Assembly (NCBI GenBank): GCA_002305195.1
Contig: DBQK01000007.1
Span: forward strand, 47,676-111,675
From: Patescibacteria group bacterium UBA1396
Lineage (GTDB): Bacteria; Patescibacteriota; Microgenomatia; UBA1400; UBA1396
DNA: 64,000 bases
Reading direction: 5' to 3'
Position numbers and translations under genes: made by a program. How positions within the stretch are numbered: the stretch's first letter is position 1; every line of letters starts with the position of its first letter. Shown here piece after piece: positions 10,534-19,668 of the stretch. The notes under the pieces were generated by a model. It worked only from the letters and a program-made list of their open reading frames with translations, did not search any database and was not told the DNA's origin.

Positions 10534-11130
10534 TTAAACCTCTGGCTTTTTTTCTACGAGGGCATCTTCATCACCAATGATCATAATGCGACCGCCACTA
10601 AGTATTTCATTAACAAAAGGATCTCGCCTGGCCTTACGAAAATCATACTCTTCGATTGTCATCACCGTAAAGTTTATTTCGTGTCCTCTAATTTTCTCCT
10701 CTGCCTTAACTAGTGGTTCCAACTGTTGAAGCTTGATATTGCCAACCAATAAAATATCTACTTCATCTCGGCCCCGAAGTCGTCTTTGGGCAAATTTACT
10801 TGAAAACATTACAAATTTTGGGTTACCGATATCTTTTCTCTTCTTTTTAATTGCCTTACCCAAACCTGAGGATTTAGCCACCAAGCGAAGTAATTCTGAA
10901 TAAAAATCATACTTTTTATTTAAATAGTAATAAAGGCGATTGCCTCGTTTTTCACTACTTAAAATGCCGGTTTGGTTCATACGATCAAGCTCGCGCCGTA
11001 CAGCATTGATTTCCTCATCGATCAATCTGGTGATTTGTCTAACGTAATATAATTCACCCGGATTTTTGAAAAAAAGCTCCAGCATCTTAACTCGAACTTT
11101 GCTGATCATAAAATCTGTTAGTTTGGCCAT
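10534..11130 (-). CDS. winged-helix (ArsR/MarR-like) DNA-binding protein with uncharacterised C-terminal domain
   Basis: N-terminal region KVRVKMLELFFKNPGELYYVRQITRLIDEEINAVRRELDRMNQTGILSSEKRGNRLYY has a typical wHTH pattern. Confidence 0.5.
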   Translation of the reverse strand: MAKLTDFMISKVRVKMLELFFKNPGELYYVRQITRLIDEEINAVRRELDRMNQTGILSSEKRGNRLYYYLNKKYDFYSELLRLVAKSSGLGKAIKKKRKDIGNPKFVMFSSKFAQRRLRGRDEVDILLVGNIKLQQLEPLVKAEEKIRGHEINFTVMTIEEYDFRKARRDPFVNEILSGGRIMIIGDEDALVEKKPEV

Positions 11131-11341
11131 AAATCAGTGCCGCAATTGAGGTATGTTTTTACTCAAGTCAGTATATCTTATCAACTATCTTTTTAATAGA
11201 TCGGTTAATATCAAAGTAATTTTACCTATAACAACACAAATTTATTGTCAGCAGTAATTAGCATTGATAAATCATTACTAGCAGGTTAACCCCAACCAGG
11301 AACCAAACCAGCAATAAAAAATGGCACTAAATTAGTCTTAC

Positions 11342-12541
11342 TTAGTAACTTACTTCACTACTGGGATCCATTACCGAGATCCAGATTTGCCCGCGAACAA
11401 ACTCGACCGGTTTACCGCCAACTGAAAAGGTTAAAGCAGTAGTGCGTGTAGGCTTACTCCACTTGGCTTCAACAACCTGGCCGTTCTGGAAAATTAAAGC
11501 TTCACCAGTGCCGGTGGTTTCATATAACAAGTGTTTGTTTTCATTGATCGGTCCTTTTTCAGGTGAGAATAAAATGACTACATTCTTTGCTTTAATTTGT
11601 TCACCATTATTTAAATCGGTATGTGGTTGGCCGCCATTAATTCTGGCGTAAGTGTTCTCCTGAGGGTTATAACTCCACTGGACAGCAAAGTCATCATAGC
11701 CACTCCAGAAATTGTAGGTAATGGCACCGGCTTCACCGCGCTCTGACTCCGGCGCATCATCAACAAATTGCCAAGGTGTGAAATCATCCTTGCCTTGCCA
11801 GGCGGTTATCTGGCGGTTTTCTTTGGCATATTTCCAAAGTCTTTCCGAGGAAGTTTCCATAGTGTGTTCCGTGGCTAATTGTTGACCATTGGTTAGCTCA
11901 ATTCGATTGTAGTTGCGAGCAAATGTCGGAAAACCGATGGAAAATTGATTAAGATCGTTGGTATTGGTCCAGCCATAATCATTTAATTGACCTAAAGCAT
12001 CACTAGGACCAGGGATATTGGCTCCACCAACATGGACATACAGTGGTTTTTGGTAACTTGAAGCCCAATCAATAAAGTATGTCCTGGCGGATCTAATTGG
12101 AGCCAAGATAACGTCTTCAGCCTGAGCGTCACAGTAAACCATTGCCATAAAACGAGTAATTCCACCTTCGGCCACTGCCTCGAAAACAACATCAGAATCG
12201 GTTAGACCAGATTGGGGGCGTGCATCTACGTGGTTTTCAATCATGACTGCCAGTGGGGTTCTTTCTTCCCAAGCTTGCCTTTCAGCCACAGTAAAAAACT
12301 TGCCGTTTAAGGGGCAGGCTTCGGTTTTAGGGGCATTGGCGTCAACCTGTACCTTGCCTTCTTGAGCACCTGGAGCCAAAGGAGAAATTAAACCAGCAAA
12401 TCGATTTGGGCCGACCGATTCTGGCAAAACACTGGTAAAAACAGCGTAAGAAATACCAGCAGACAATAAATAAACCACTAATGCAGTTAAGCCAACAGAC
12501 TTTTTAGTTAAGTTTTTCCACTGCATAGTTTTTCCTTTCAA
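11342..12541 (-). CDS. DUF3048 (YerB-like) exported protein
   Basis: ENHVDARPQSGLTDSDVVFEAVAEGGITRFMAMVY matches the DUF3048 core as recalled. N-terminal TM/signal. The likely start is the ATG at 12526 after a GAAAGGAAA SD (the track start is TTG). Confidence 0.7.
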   Translation of the reverse strand: MKGKTMQWKNLTKKSVGLTALVVYLLSAGISYAVFTSVLPESVGPNRFAGLISPLAPGAQEGKVQVDANAPKTEACPLNGKFFTVAERQAWEERTPLAVMIENHVDARPQSGLTDSDVVFEAVAEGGITRFMAMVYCDAQAEDVILAPIRSARTYFIDWASSYQKPLYVHVGGANIPGPSDALGQLNDYGWTNTNDLNQFSIGFPTFARNYNRIELTNGQQLATEHTMETSSERLWKYAKENRQITAWQGKDDFTPWQFVDDAPESERGEAGAITYNFWSGYDDFAVQWSYNPQENTYARINGGQPHTDLNNGEQIKAKNVVILFSPEKGPINENKHLLYETTGTGEALIFQNGQVVEAKWSKPTRTTALTFSVGGKPVEFVRGQIWISVMDPSSEVSY

Positions 12542-12645
12542 TAATTGCGATTGATATCGACTGAGAGTTTAATTTTAGACTCAAGACTTCTATCATACTG
12601 ATTGACGACAGACTGGTAAAGTAATAAATAATAGGATAGGTAAAT

Positions 12646-12924
12646 ATGGGTATAAGACGGACTCGTCAGCAAAAAATTAAAGCTCAGCAGCGCCGTGAGC
12701 TAACTTATCAGTGGCTTAGTCAGGACAAAGCATCAGCTCATGCGAAAAAACAGCCAAATAGTAGTGAACAAACTACTCTGAAAACTGAAAAAAAATCACC
12801 TACCAAATTAAAGCAAATTGGTGATCATCAATTTGTGCTAGATATGAAAAATGATCTGATTAAAACCAGTCTTGTGGCTATCGGTATCATGGTTTTATTA
12901 CTGCTTATCTGGTGGTTCTTTTAG
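12646..12924 (+). CDS. hypothetical small basic protein with C-terminal TM helix
   Basis: 92-aa ORF with a basic N-terminus and the C-terminal segment LVAIGIMVLLLLIWWFF. Confidence 0.4.
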   Translation: MGIRRTRQQKIKAQQRRELTYQWLSQDKASAHAKKQPNSSEQTTLKTEKKSPTKLKQIGDHQFVLDMKNDLIKTSLVAIGIMVLLLLIWWFF

Positions 12925-12939
12925 TATTTATTAAGCTAG

Positions 12940-14046
12940 TTATTGATTCTTGAGCTCCCGATTAAAAAACTGAATATCTCTTTGTACAACTTGTTCCCAG
13001 TTGGGTACTAAATTGTGATCCGCTGCAGGATAACGATATAGAGTAACCTCAACTTCGGCTTCATTCAAAATTTCGGCTAGTTGTTCTGACCAATATAGAG
13101 GAACGGCATCGTCTTCTCCGCCCTGGTGGATTTGAATCGGGGCAATAATTCTTGTTGGTTTTGTCAGGATTGAATAATCTTCAACATTGTTGTTTAAACC
13201 ATTTTCAAACTCGGATAATGCACGACGGATGTATTGGCCGCCGTCGTCAGACTCATCGGTGTAGTACAAAACTGAGTAGGGGAAAGGTTTAGAAACCGGT
13301 GCCCACAAAGTAGTTGGTATATTCTGGCCAGTGATTTCCAGAACAGATAGAGCAATCTGCCCGCCATTACTATGACCCCACAAGCCAATTTTTTCGTTAT
13401 CGAATAATCTTTGGGTTAAGTAATCAGTAAATTCCTGATCGAGAGAGGCCATTCCAGACACAGTGATGGTCGGTTGAGTTAGGTTGGCTAATAATTGCAG
13501 TACCGTGACTGGTCGACTAAACCTGGCCAGTAAGATATCCTCATCTTCCGGATCACTTTGGCCATATCCCAAAAAATCTGGGGCAATGGTGATAAAACCT
13601 TGTTGGGCTAGAGCCGCCGCCGCGTTTCTTGTTCCTAGTCCAGTTTGGTACTGCTCTCTTTCAGCATAGCCTCGCAACATTACAATAACAGGGAAAGGTC
13701 CTGAACCATTGGGAATGTTGAGCTGGCCGCTAACTTTTTTATTTATTCCTTGTTTTAAGTCAGGTACTTGCCAGGCAACTAAAAACGAGGTGTATTGCGG
13801 AGTTGAGTCCAATTGATCGACAACGGTAAGTGGTTGCGGTGAAAAAACTGTTTTTTCTAGATTGGGAAAGCTATAAACTTCATAAATATTTTCTTTTGCT
13901 TGATTTTGCTGATCAGGTAAGGGTGAAATTAGTTGAACATTAAGTTCGCTCTCCAAAATCACGCCACGAAGAAAATAACCCAGACAAAACATAATCACGC
14001 CGCTGACGATCGCCAAGCTGACTCTGGAAAAACTTAGTCTAGCCAT
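12940..14046 (-). CDS. alpha/beta hydrolase (S9 peptidase / dienelactone hydrolase-like), membrane-anchored
   Basis: Nucleophile elbow GLWGHSNGGQ (GxSxG). Later acidic and His residues (GGEDDAVP, AADHNL). N-terminal TM. Confidence 0.7.
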   Translation of the reverse strand: MARLSFSRVSLAIVSGVIMFCLGYFLRGVILESELNVQLISPLPDQQNQAKENIYEVYSFPNLEKTVFSPQPLTVVDQLDSTPQYTSFLVAWQVPDLKQGINKKVSGQLNIPNGSGPFPVIVMLRGYAEREQYQTGLGTRNAAAALAQQGFITIAPDFLGYGQSDPEDEDILLARFSRPVTVLQLLANLTQPTITVSGMASLDQEFTDYLTQRLFDNEKIGLWGHSNGGQIALSVLEITGQNIPTTLWAPVSKPFPYSVLYYTDESDDGGQYIRRALSEFENGLNNNVEDYSILTKPTRIIAPIQIHQGGEDDAVPLYWSEQLAEILNEAEVEVTLYRYPAADHNLVPNWEQVVQRDIQFFNRELKNQ

Positions 14047-14072
14047 TGTAGGCGTAGTATAACCCGTGATGA

Positions 14073-14366
14073 TTATTTTTTATGACTTTTGGTTCGCTCA
14101 CCTTTTTTACGTAAAGCCCTGGCTATTTTGTTAAAGGAGGCCTGTATTGCTTGGTAAACGTTATCACCCTCTTTTTCCACCACGATGTTTTTACCTGGAA
14201 TCACGGCTTTAACCGTTGCTTTAGCTCTGCTTCTAGTGGTTTCGAGAAATGTCTCAACCCGGATAATCCGCTTAAATTTTTTAGTTAATTTTCCAGCTTG
14301 TTGTTCTGAAAAAGCTTGTATTGCTTTGGTAATGATAAAGTTTTTAGCTCGAACCAAAACTTGCAT
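14073..14366 (-). CDS. hpf: ribosome hibernation promoting factor / RaiA family (short form)
   Basis: 97 aa. MQVLVRAKNFIITKAIQAFSEQQAGKL... has the typical HPF/YfiA beta-alpha-beta pattern. Confidence 0.75.
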   Translation of the reverse strand: MQVLVRAKNFIITKAIQAFSEQQAGKLTKKFKRIIRVETFLETTRSRAKATVKAVIPGKNIVVEKEGDNVYQAIQASFNKIARALRKKGERTKSHKK

Positions 14367-14540
14367 TACTATCTCCTTTCAAAAACCCCGACTCACCACT
14401 TACTTGTGGAGCCAGGGTTAAAACATTGGTTGTTAACCATTAGATTCAATTTAGCACGCTGCTAGCGAAGTGACAACTTGCTAGATTTCAGAGGTCGAGC
14501 CGTTCATACCAGACTCTGGCCAAAAATTAAAAGTCTAATA

Positions 14541-15755
14541 TCAAGGGTTCCAGATGGTAAACCGACCGTTTTCATAGATTACTTTTTCTTGACCGTTAGC
14601 CAAGGTAGCCGTAACCTTGCGGTTGGCAGTACTGATTAAGTCGGTGTGCACAGCCGAGTCATTAAAGCCTAGTTTTTTCCAATCCTGGTTGGTTAATTTC
14701 GTTTTATCGCCTCGGTAACACTCTTTAAAAGCGGTTCCTAAAGCTACATGGGTGTTGTTGGTGATATTTTCATCATACAAAATTTCAGCCATGGTATGAG
14801 TGATTCGTGACATTCGAGCGTCTGTTAACGAGAATTCACCAAGCTTATCCCCGTTTGGTACTTGCAGCATTTGCTCTAAGAACTGTTTTCCTTTTGTGGC
14901 TGAGAACTTAACCACTCGACCCTTTTTAAACGTTAAAGCAATGTTTTTAACTACATTACCTTGTCTATAAAGAGGTTGGTTAAACTTTATCCAACCTGAT
15001 GTTAATCGCCAATCTGGCGAGGTGAAAACCTCAAAACTCGGAATATTATTTCCATCACCACCAAGCCACTGCCGATTAGCGCCAATCTTAATTTTTAAGT
15101 CGGCATCATCACTTTCTAGATGAATATCCTCTATCTCTAAGTCATTTAGACACTTTTTTAGTGCTTTTTGTTGATTTTTGATTTCTTGCCACTTGATTAC
15201 AGGTTCATCATTATCCAGCCAACACGCCTTAATAATTTGCCGCCAATAATCTGGCAGTGACAGATCGACAATGTTTGCTTTAGCCGGAGTCCCCCAAAGA
15301 GCAATTGTCCAGGAAAATTTCTTTTGCAGTTCTTTTTTGGTTAGCCAATCCCGATATGGTTTGACAGTTTGGCTTCTTTGCATAATTTTTTGAGGCTCGA
15401 CCGACTGAAGCTCATATGGATCAACATCAGCGATAATCGAGATTTGGTGATTAATTAAGTCTGCTTCGGCTTTAAGATATTTTTTGGGAAAGAAATTTAG
15501 TTGATTATTGTTAGCTTGTTCAAAAAAAGCTCGGTCAAAACCTCCAGTTGGTATTAAGCGTAAAATCGGGTAGCCACCGGCCTCCAAAATCTTTTTTTGC
15601 AGATGCCAGGCTAACGGTTTGGCTACATCAGGTACTTTAATTAACACAACCTCATCTGGCTTTAAACCTGATCCTTGATTTAAAGCAAAGTTGATTAGTA
15701 TATCGGCATAACGCTCTAAATATTTGCCGTCTGGTGAATAATTGAGTTGACTCAT
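14541..15755 (-). CDS. M29 family aminopeptidase (AmpS/PepS-like)
   Basis: 404 aa. Motifs EILYDENI, THVALGTAF and SAVHTDLIS are typical of thermophilic metalloprotease M29. Confidence 0.8.
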   Translation of the reverse strand: MSQLNYSPDGKYLERYADILINFALNQGSGLKPDEVVLIKVPDVAKPLAWHLQKKILEAGGYPILRLIPTGGFDRAFFEQANNNQLNFFPKKYLKAEADLINHQISIIADVDPYELQSVEPQKIMQRSQTVKPYRDWLTKKELQKKFSWTIALWGTPAKANIVDLSLPDYWRQIIKACWLDNDEPVIKWQEIKNQQKALKKCLNDLEIEDIHLESDDADLKIKIGANRQWLGGDGNNIPSFEVFTSPDWRLTSGWIKFNQPLYRQGNVVKNIALTFKKGRVVKFSATKGKQFLEQMLQVPNGDKLGEFSLTDARMSRITHTMAEILYDENITNNTHVALGTAFKECYRGDKTKLTNQDWKKLGFNDSAVHTDLISTANRKVTATLANGQEKVIYENGRFTIWNP

Positions 15756-15787
15756 TTGAAGATTGATTTCTAATTTGTCGAAAGAAT

Positions 15788-16168
15788 TTAAATTTTATCT
15801 AAAACTTCGGGGTTGATTTCTAGTTTTTCAAACCAGCCTCTTCTGAGTAAAATAGCCAGATTAGCGTATACGGCTATGTCGATGAAGGTTTCCTCAATTG
15901 ATTCATTGGTTGGCGCATCACCTTTCAACAATAAGTTTTTTAGCCTTTCGATTTTCTCTGTTATTCTCAGGACAATGCCGATTTCTCCGACGGCTAAAAT
16001 ATTGCCCTTACCGTAATCCTTGTGTTTTTTTAAAAACATTTTCAAAAGCTCATCATTAACTTGAGAAAAAGCCTGGTCAAGAGAAGTTGGTTGTGAAGTT
16101 ACAACTAACTGTTTTCGCGTTTTGGCTTTAGCACCGATCGCGGTTTTAGCTGCTTTGGTTTTAGACAC
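15788..16168 (-). CDS. DUF1599 / Nmad1-like protein
   Basis: KHKDYGKGNILAVGEIGIVLRITEKIERLKNLL...NESIEETFIDIAVYANLAILL matches the DUF1599 pattern as recalled. Confidence 0.55.
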   Translation of the reverse strand: MSKTKAAKTAIGAKAKTRKQLVVTSQPTSLDQAFSQVNDELLKMFLKKHKDYGKGNILAVGEIGIVLRITEKIERLKNLLLKGDAPTNESIEETFIDIAVYANLAILLRRGWFEKLEINPEVLDKI

Positions 16169-16440
16169 ATTTCCCTTTCTTTGTTTTAGGCTCTGTTTTA
16201 AAACGGCTTGGATAATTGGTGTTTTACTATTTTTATCGGTCTATATCTGGACATTACAACCGATCTTACTCAATCTGGCAAGAACAAATTAAGGTTATAA
16301 ATAGAGAAAGTGTTAATAATTGTTTTATTAACTGTGTCATTTTGTCTGATTTAAACTAATAAAATAATTATTCGGATATTTTTCGTCTAGACAGCTTCTA
16401 CTATTATCTATAGAACTGTACAGAACAAAGGAGGTCGCGA

Positions 16441-16932
16441 GTGGGTAGAAAAAAAGAGTTCAAAGGTGATGACAGCAAAGCAAGAAGAAATGGTAAGAAT
16501 GATGGAGCTGCAATCTTGGTAGATTATTCTGTCCAGGACGATAATGATTTTCTGTATAAAGATTATGATGCAGAAATTGAAAGTTCACTCCCACCTGATT
16601 ACGAAACTTTATCCTTGCTGTATGCCGATACAATTGAGGAAATTCTAAGACAAAGAGGCTTTGTAGGTCTTGAAGTTGATATTAATCCAATTCCTCATAA
16701 ATCAGGAAATTATTGGGTGGTTATTCGACGAACTGATGGTGTGCCTATTTCTCCTAATCAAGAAATAGAACTTAGAAACTTAGTGGCTGATGATTTTTAT
16801 TGTCTTGATGGTAGTGAATCTAGCAGAAACACTCCTCATGAAGAATTTCGTAAAGATGGCATTGCCTTTAGAATTACTGGCACAAAACCAAATGGTATTG
16901 CAGGAGAAGAGCAAACGCCAAAAACTCGCTGA
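16441..16932 (+). CDS. hypothetical protein
   Basis: 163-aa ORF. GTG start 6 nt after an AAAGGAGG SD. No recognised motif. Confidence 0.5.
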   Translation: MGRKKEFKGDDSKARRNGKNDGAAILVDYSVQDDNDFLYKDYDAEIESSLPPDYETLSLLYADTIEEILRQRGFVGLEVDINPIPHKSGNYWVVIRRTDGVPISPNQEIELRNLVADDFYCLDGSESSRNTPHEEFRKDGIAFRITGTKPNGIAGEEQTPKTR

Positions 16933-17059
16933 ATTTTTTAGCTAGTTTATATCTATTACTATTTTCTTACTATTTTTTGTTGATAACTTAACACTTTGAC
17001 TAGATTATACAGAGTCAAGGTAATAGCTAAAAGTAATTATTTAGCTAGAGGAGGTTAGT

Positions 17060-17236
17060 ATGGCAGTAGGTAAATCAGCAAAGGGCAAGAGGGGTTTGGC
17101 CTCAGCTTCTAAGGCAACTCGCAAGCGGGTAGCGGCCGCCGGCGGAAAAGCTCCCCATCGCTTGCGTGGCTTGCAAGCTGCTTCTAAGGCGACCAAGAGA
17201 CGAGTAGCGGCTCTCGGCGGCCGCGCCAGTCGGTAA
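17060..17236 (+). CDS. small KGG-repeat (stress-induced) protein, 58 aa, not in ORF track
   Basis: ATG 7 nt after an AGAGGAGG SD. Translation is MAVGKSAKGKRGLASASKATRKRVAAAGGKAPHRLRGLQAASKATKRRVAALGGRASR. It has two copies of RGLxxASKATxxRVAAxGGxA, with the same spacing as the KGG motif RGFAxMDxExxREIAxKGGxA. DNA differences between the copies are largely synonymous or conservative. The region is locally GC-rich. Confidence 0.55.
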   Translation: MAVGKSAKGKRGLASASKATRKRVAAAGGKAPHRLRGLQAASKATKRRVAALGGRASR

Positions 17237-17252
17237 GCCCGCCCGCTCTACT

Positions 17253-17759
17253 CTATTTTTTGTTAACTGAACTAATATATTTGGCCGGATTTTTAATGAA
17301 TTTTTCATAGCAGCCGGTAGCGCAGAAATAGTAGGACTCGCCTTGATACTTAATACCAACACTAGCAGTTTTGGGTGACAATCTCATATGACAAACAGGG
17401 TCATGAACTAGCGGTACCAAATCCGTCATTTTTAAGGTCAGTTCATCTACTAGTTTTTGATCCTTCAAATCTTGAGCTTGTTCAACCAACACTTCTCGAA
17501 TTAAATCGCTCGCTTTAACGAAATTAATATGGGATAGCCGATAGTAAACGTTTTTACCCTGCTTTTTAGTTTTAAGAATATTAGCTTCTTTGAGAATTTG
17601 CAGGTGCTGGCTTAGATTTGCTTGAGGTAGTCCCAACATTTCCTGAATATCACTTACACAAAGCTTTTGATTTCTTAATAAGTGAATAATTTCCAGTCGC
17701 TTAGGATGTGACATTGCCCTGAGAACTTTGGAATGTAAAGCAAAAATGTGATGATACAT
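17253..17759 (-). CDS. ArsR/SmtB-family metalloregulator fused to a C-terminal YHS (TRASH-like) metal-binding domain
   Basis: wHTH region HPKRLEIIHLLRNQKLCVSDIQEMLGLPQANLSQHLQILKEANIL. C-terminal DPVCHMRLSPKTASVGIKYQGESYYFCATGCYEKFIKNPAKY matches YHS. The track ORF extends to 17885, but that extension covers the promoter and palindrome. Met43 (ATG at 17759) gives a normal ArsR length. Confidence 0.8.
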   Translation of the reverse strand: MYHHIFALHSKVLRAMSHPKRLEIIHLLRNQKLCVSDIQEMLGLPQANLSQHLQILKEANILKTKKQGKNVYYRLSHINFVKASDLIREVLVEQAQDLKDQKLVDELTLKMTDLVPLVHDPVCHMRLSPKTASVGIKYQGESYYFCATGCYEKFIKNPAKYISSVNKK

Positions 17760-17801
17760 ATTAGGTATCTCGAATTTATTGCTTGGTGAGAGAAATGTCA
17801 A
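17754..17801 (-). promoter_or_regulatory. putative arsR-YHS promoter (TTGACA-17-TAAATT) with operator core overlapping the start codon
   Basis: On the minus strand: TTGACA (17801-17796), a 17-nt spacer, TAAATT (17778-17773), then GAGATACCTAATATGTATCATC. The core ATACCTAATATGTAT (17768-17754) is identical to the one at 41598-41612 and contains the ATG. Confidence 0.5.
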
Positions 17802-17812
17802 GGCTGTATGCT

Positions 17813-17854
17813 GAAGGCGCGATACTTTTTTTGCAAAAAAAGTATCGCGCCTTC
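17813..17854. repeat. perfect 42-bp palindrome
   Basis: GAAGGCGCGATACTTTTTTT-GC-AAAAAAAGTATCGCGCCTTC has 20-nt perfect arms. It lies in the divergent spacer between the arsR-YHS gene and dtd. Confidence 0.95.
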
Positions 17855-17916
17855 TCTTAATTAAATTTAAACCCCCCTCCTTCATCCCTGAATAAAAATT
17901 GGTAAGATAAAATTCT

Positions 17917-18351
17917 ATGCGGATTGTGATTCAAAGAGTAACCCAGGCGAATGTTAGGGTTAAAGATCAAGACATTGGTCAGATTAATTCTGGTTTAGTG
18001 TTGTTGGTTGGCTTCTCACCTACTGATTCGATCCAAACGGTCCAACAAATGGCAGATAAAATTAGTCATTTAAGAATTTTTGCTGACAAGTCTGACAAAA
18101 TGAATCTGGATATCAAGCAGGTGGGGGGCGAAGTTTTAATAATTCCCCAGTTCACCTTATATGGCGATTTATCTGGCAGAAGACCTGGCTGGCAGCAAGC
18201 TGCCAGCCCTGAACTGGCTAACAAACTTTATCAAGAGTTTATTAAAGCAATCAGAACTCACCAATTAAAGGTTCAAACCGGTCAATTTGGCGCTCATATG
18301 CAAGTTGAATTAATCAACGATGGGCCGGTAACTTTTTATTTAGAAAATTAA
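17917..18351 (+). CDS. dtd: D-aminoacyl-tRNA deacylase
   Basis: 144 aa. MRIVIQRVTQANVRV...GLVLLVGF...IPQFTLYGD...GRRP...F is the canonical Dtd pattern. Confidence 0.9.
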   Translation: MRIVIQRVTQANVRVKDQDIGQINSGLVLLVGFSPTDSIQTVQQMADKISHLRIFADKSDKMNLDIKQVGGEVLIIPQFTLYGDLSGRRPGWQQAASPELANKLYQEFIKAIRTHQLKVQTGQFGAHMQVELINDGPVTFYLEN

Positions 18352-18409
18352 TCTGAGCCAATGAAATCAACTTAGCTTGGGTTCTAACTCTATAAATTAT
18401 TCACTTAAA

Positions 18410-18787
18410 TTATTTACTTTCGCCAATATTCTTTTCGGCAGTATTCTGATTTTTTAAGTTATACCGGTCCATTATTTCTTCTAATCTGGAATCGATAGCA
18501 TTCGGAATATCTATTTTTAAAACGATGCCTAATAATATCACGGTATTAAAAACGTCGGCCCATTCCTTAATAACTTCACTGTGTTGGTGTTTTTTTTGCT
18601 TGCCCTCTCGGTGTAGATTAAGATCTCCATGAATGGCACTGGTTAGTTCTCCTAATTCCTCCGTTATTTTGCTAAGCCTGGCTAAAACTCTATATTCCTT
18701 GGCGCTTTGTTTTTCCAACTGGGGAAAATGTTCAGCAAAATAATCGTCGATTAATTTATATTTTCTGAGTAAATAATGAAAAGTCAT
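18410..18787 (-). CDS. MazG-like nucleotide pyrophosphohydrolase family protein
   Basis: All-alpha, 125 aa. ITEELGELTSAIHG and EWADVFNTVILLG have EExxE/ExxD-type spacing typical of MazG-like proteins. Confidence 0.45.
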   Translation of the reverse strand: MTFHYLLRKYKLIDDYFAEHFPQLEKQSAKEYRVLARLSKITEELGELTSAIHGDLNLHREGKQKKHQHSEVIKEWADVFNTVILLGIVLKIDIPNAIDSRLEEIMDRYNLKNQNTAEKNIGESK

Positions 18788-18852
18788 AAGTATTAGTTTA
18801 ATCTATTTTTAAGACTGCCTAGATTGGATTCCCACCGATTTCCTCAGGGTGC

Positions 18853-19668
18853 TCAAGACCTTAAATTGGCCGAGATTAAAGATTGTAATTTGATTGCCTC
18901 TCGCTTAGGATTTGCCGCAAAAATAATTCCTCTTGAAGAATTAATTACTACTCCCAAGCCTCTAGAGTTTTTGGCAACTTTTAAAACAGACTCTAAATCC
19001 CCTCCTTGAGCTCCAATGCCTGGAACTAGCAAAGGCATATCACCTATCTGAGAGCGAATTTGTTTTAAAATCTTTGGATAAGTAGCTCCGGCCACCAACC
19101 AGCAATTCTTATTTTTATTCCAACCATTAACCACTTGTTTGGCTACCACCGACCATAAAGGCTTGGTTCCACCGCTATCAACAACCAATTGATCCTGAAA
19201 TTCGCCACTACCAGGATTGGAGGTTTTAACAAGAATAATACTTACTTTGTCTGATCGTTCTAAAAACGGCTGTAAAGCTTCTTGCCCCAGATATGGGTGC
19301 AAAGTAATAGCATCAAAACCAAGATTATCAAAAATTGCTTCAACGTAACCTTGATTTGTTGAGCCGATATCGCCTCTTTTAGCATCGGCAATGGTCACAA
19401 TGTCAGGATAATTAGTGCTTAAATATTCCTGGGTTAACTGCAGTGCCCGCCAACCTAGTTCCCCCTGAGCTTCGTAAAAAGCTAGGTTTGGTTTATAGGC
19501 GCAAACAAACTCATTGGTTTGGTCAATAATCCAGCGGTTAAATTCAAATTGAGGGTTAGATTTATTTAAAAACTGTGTCGGTATTTTTGATATATCGCTA
19601 TCTAAACCAACACAGAGAAAGGTTTTTTTCTTTCTAATTCTTTCTTCCAGTTTATGCTCGATGATCAT
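18853..19668 (-). CDS. pyrF: orotidine 5'-phosphate decarboxylase (type 2)
   Basis: FLCVGLDSD, DAKRGDIGST and VPGIGAQGGD motifs. Confidence 0.85.
   Translation of the reverse strand: MIIEHKLEERIRKKKTFLCVGLDSDISKIPTQFLNKSNPQFEFNRWIIDQTNEFVCAYKPNLAFYEAQGELGWRALQLTQEYLSTNYPDIVTIADAKRGDIGSTNQGYVEAIFDNLGFDAITLHPYLGQEALQPFLERSDKVSIILVKTSNPGSGEFQDQLVVDSGGTKPLWSVVAKQVVNGWNKNKNCWLVAGATYPKILKQIRSQIGDMPLLVPGIGAQGGDLESVLKVAKNSRGLGVVINSSRGIIFAANPKREAIKLQSLISANLRS

Noticed and set aside
17102-17362. 86-aa minus-strand ORF from the track
   Set aside because: It is antisense to the SD-preceded, repeat-conserving KGG-like ORF and overlaps the 3' end of the ArsR-YHS gene. Its Ala/Arg/Ser-rich translation is what a GC-rich antisense frame would give.
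17760-17885. N-terminal 42-codon extension of the ArsR-YHS ORF
   Set aside because: The extension runs through the predicted promoter and the 42-bp palindrome. ArsR proteins normally begin close to the HTH, and Met43 gives that length.
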